64,000 nucleotides of DNA from an uncultured Acidobacteriota bacterium. GTDB lineage: Bacteria > Acidobacteriota > UBA6911. This document shows positions 61,876 to 64,000 of the stretch, in pieces. Made by a program: the position numbers and the translations under genes. Positions within the stretch are counted from its first letter, which is position 1. Each line of letters begins with the position of its first letter. The notes beneath the pieces were generated by a model. The model ran no database searches, was not told the DNA's origin, and worked only from the letters and a program-made list of their open reading frames with translations. The DNA is taken from the NCBI GenBank assembly GCA_963827655.1, contig CAWHCF010000023.1, positions 288,001 through 352,000 on the forward strand, in the 5' to 3' direction.

Positions 61876-62595
61876 TCAAGGGACGTACATGTAACCCCGG
61901 CTGCGCACGCTGACGAAGTGCTCCGGCTGGTCCGGCTCGTCCTCAAAATAGCGCCTCAACCTCACAATGAAATTATCCACGGTGCGGGTTTCCACTTCGG
62001 AGTGATATCCCCAAACGCGCTCCAGAAGCTCTGCTCGGGAAAGCACGCGATTGGGCTCGGCCGTTAGTACCTCGAGGAGCCTTGCTTCGAGGGCGGTGAG
62101 TTGCAAGTCGCCATGAGGCCCGCGCCCGTGGAGATCTTCGAGGTTCACGGTGTAGCCTGCAACCGTGACCTCTTTTCTCGGCCGCTCGCCCGTGTTGCTA
62201 TACCAGTGCGCGCGTTGAATGATCCGCTGGACCCTCAAAAGCAGCTCGCGCAGGTGGAAGGGCTTTATCAAGTAGTCGTCGGCGCCGAGCTCCAGACCCT
62301 GCACGCGGTCGCTCTCCGTGGAACGGGCTGTGAGCATTAGGATGGGAAGCTTCTGATCGCGCTGGCGTATCTGGCGAGCTACCTCAAAGCCATCGATCTC
62401 CTCGAGCATCAGGTCCAGAATGATCAAATCGAACTTGTCCCGCGCCTGCAGCGTCAGCGCCTCCTTGCCGCTTCCGGTCACGCTAACCGAATAGCCTTCC
62501 TGTTCGAGGTTGAACTGCAGCGGGCGCGCCAGATTGGCCTCGTCCTCCACCAGCAGGATTCTTGCGGGGCGCTTCGATTCAGCTTCCTTGCTCAT
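61876..62595 (-). CDS. OmpR-family response regulator
   Basis: ILLVEDE, LDLML, LTAR, GADDYLIKPF, RTVDNFIVRLR. Confidence 0.95.
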   Translation of the reverse strand: MSKEAESKRPARILLVEDEANLARPLQFNLEQEGYSVSVTGSGKEALTLQARDKFDLIILDLMLEEIDGFEVARQIRQRDQKLPILMLTARSTESDRVQGLELGADDYLIKPFHLRELLLRVQRIIQRAHWYSNTGERPRKEVTVAGYTVNLEDLHGRGPHGDLQLTALEARLLEVLTAEPNRVLSRAELLERVWGYHSEVETRTVDNFIVRLRRYFEDEPDQPEHFVSVRSRGYMYVP

Positions 62596-63620
62596 CTCTT
62601 CTCAAGAATCACTCTCGGTTTTCGGGAGCTGGTTCTCGCGCCCAGGAACGCCCAGTATTTGCGAACGCGCGGCAGCCGGACACTGAAGGTCGATCCTCGG
62701 CCGGGTCCGGCGCTCGTCACCCACACCTTGCCACTGTGATCTCGAACAATGCTCCGAACGATGTACAGGCCGAGCCCGGTTCCCCTGGTTCGGGAGTCGT
62801 CACCTCGCCAGAACATCTTGAACACGTTCTTGAGATCTTTGCGATTCAGGCCCCCGCCGCTGTCGATTACGTCCAGCCGGCAACTGCGCAGGTCGCGCTG
62901 GAGTTTCAACCGGATCGCGGAGCCGCGCGGAGAATAACGGGCCGCATTTTCGATCAGGTTTGCCAGGACGACACGCATGGCTGACGGATCCATGGCAACT
63001 CTTGCGTCCCCTCCTTTTTCAAAAATGACGGTGTGACCATCCTTTTCAAACAGATGGCGATCTTCTTCCAGGACATCCTCTACGAAGCGCCGCATGCTGA
63101 CGTGCTCCAGCCGGTAACGACCTCGCCGCCGGTCGATCCGCGCGGCTCCGAGAATGCGGTCGATCAAGCTGGTCAGCCGCTCGGCATCGTCAAGCATCAT
63201 ACCCAGGAACTCTCGCCGCTTCTCTTCCGAGAGATCGCGGAGCGCCATGGTTTCGAGCGCCAGTTGGATAGAGGCGACCGGAGATTTCAGCTCGTGGGTA
63301 ACATTCGAAACAAAGGCGCGCTGCATCTGGTTCAGGCTGTGCTGCTTTTTCCAGTAAATGAAGATGCCGGTAGCCCCGGCGAGAATCAAGGCCAGAAGGA
63401 TACCCCCTTCCGCCAGGGGAAGCCATCCGAGCCCGTCAACCTCGGCCTGAGCGCGTAATTGTTCGGCCATTTCCCGGATTTGCTGGTGCTTCTGCACATA
63501 CCAGCGAATCCACACCACCATCAGCAGAATCCAGAGAACCTGGATCGAGAGAAAGATGGTGACAGGGTGGTAGATCCAGCGGGTCTTGCTTCGGATCGTC
63601 TTTACAGTCAGCTCGCGCAT
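62592..63620 (-). CDS. Sensor histidine kinase (2 TM, HisKA-HATPase)
   Basis: VTHELKSP, NLIENAARY, DSGGG, GTGLGL; start MRELTVK. Confidence 0.93.
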   Translation of the reverse strand: MRELTVKTIRSKTRWIYHPVTIFLSIQVLWILLMVVWIRWYVQKHQQIREMAEQLRAQAEVDGLGWLPLAEGGILLALILAGATGIFIYWKKQHSLNQMQRAFVSNVTHELKSPVASIQLALETMALRDLSEEKRREFLGMMLDDAERLTSLIDRILGAARIDRRRGRYRLEHVSMRRFVEDVLEEDRHLFEKDGHTVIFEKGGDARVAMDPSAMRVVLANLIENAARYSPRGSAIRLKLQRDLRSCRLDVIDSGGGLNRKDLKNVFKMFWRGDDSRTRGTGLGLYIVRSIVRDHSGKVWVTSAGPGRGSTFSVRLPRVRKYWAFLGARTSSRKPRVILEKR

Positions 63621-63621
63621 A

Positions 63622-63999
63622 TCATGTTGCCCGGAGCAGATCGAGGATTTCGCCACCGAACTCACGAACGCGCCAGCGCCGCATTCCGTCGATCTGTTCC
63701 ATGGCTGCGCGGCTCGATGGGGGGACCGCCGCAAGGACTTCGAGCAAATTGCCGGGGAAAAGGACTCCGATATGGAGACCCAGTTCTTTCGATCTCGTCC
63801 GGCGCCACTCTTTGAGATTCTCCAGCCGCAGCTTAGCTTCGGCGGAAGTAGACTTCCAGGAACTCTTGGGCTCGGACGCCCTCAGCGACGGATCCCGCAA
63901 TCGAGCCTGCCGGATCGCGGCGCAGATCTCATCCGCAAACCTGCGCGCGACGCGATGCGAAACGCCCGGTCTTCCGAGCAGCGCTGCGCAAGAATCGGG
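63622..63999 (-). CDS. HRDC-domain C-terminus, probably ribonuclease D; 5' end lies outside the window
   Basis: LKEWRRTRSKELGL..L......L, IDGMRRWRVREFGGEIL; frame open to the window edge. Confidence 0.7.
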   Translation of the reverse strand, partial: PDSCAALLGRPGVSHRVARRFADEICAAIRQARLRDPSLRASEPKSSWKSTSAEAKLRLENLKEWRRTRSKELGLHIGVLFPGNLLEVLAAVPPSSRAAMEQIDGMRRWRVREFGGEILDLLRAT

Positions 64000-64000
64000 C

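Overview
GC-rich bacterial chromosomal DNA, most likely Acidobacteriota (inferred from three Oar-like TonB-dependent receptors, an acidobacterial VWA protein, a CRTAC1/ASPIC-UnbV + TPR pair and many Tat-signal hydrolases). The window holds: a TonB receptor/sulfatase/KDG-catabolism locus; a hydrolase cluster; housekeeping genes (ppa, rpiB, glyA, DinG-like helicase, dtd, RNase D end); a three-gene NAD-linked formate dehydrogenase whose catalytic subunit has an in-frame UGA (selenocysteine) with a SECIS; an NCS1 transporter; an SBBP surface protein behind a sigma-54 promoter; a fatty-acid desaturase; and an OmpR-type two-component system. Intergenic DNA carries a ~235-bp MITE (two copies plus a solo end), REP-like hairpins, 9-mer and 7-mer repeats. 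The assembly looks error-prone: single-base frameshifts occur even in glyA, and there are three chimeric-looking junctions. A ~1.3-kb stretch shows apparent C/T-to-A conversion with the reading frame largely intact. Most notable: a PfkB kinase-RNase HI fusion, the split seleno-FDH, the A-converted CRTAC1 segment, a vasohibin-like protein and a HEAT-repeat/2TM protein. No CRISPR array, rRNA, tRNA or transposase gene was recognised. All family calls come from motif recognition, not database searches.
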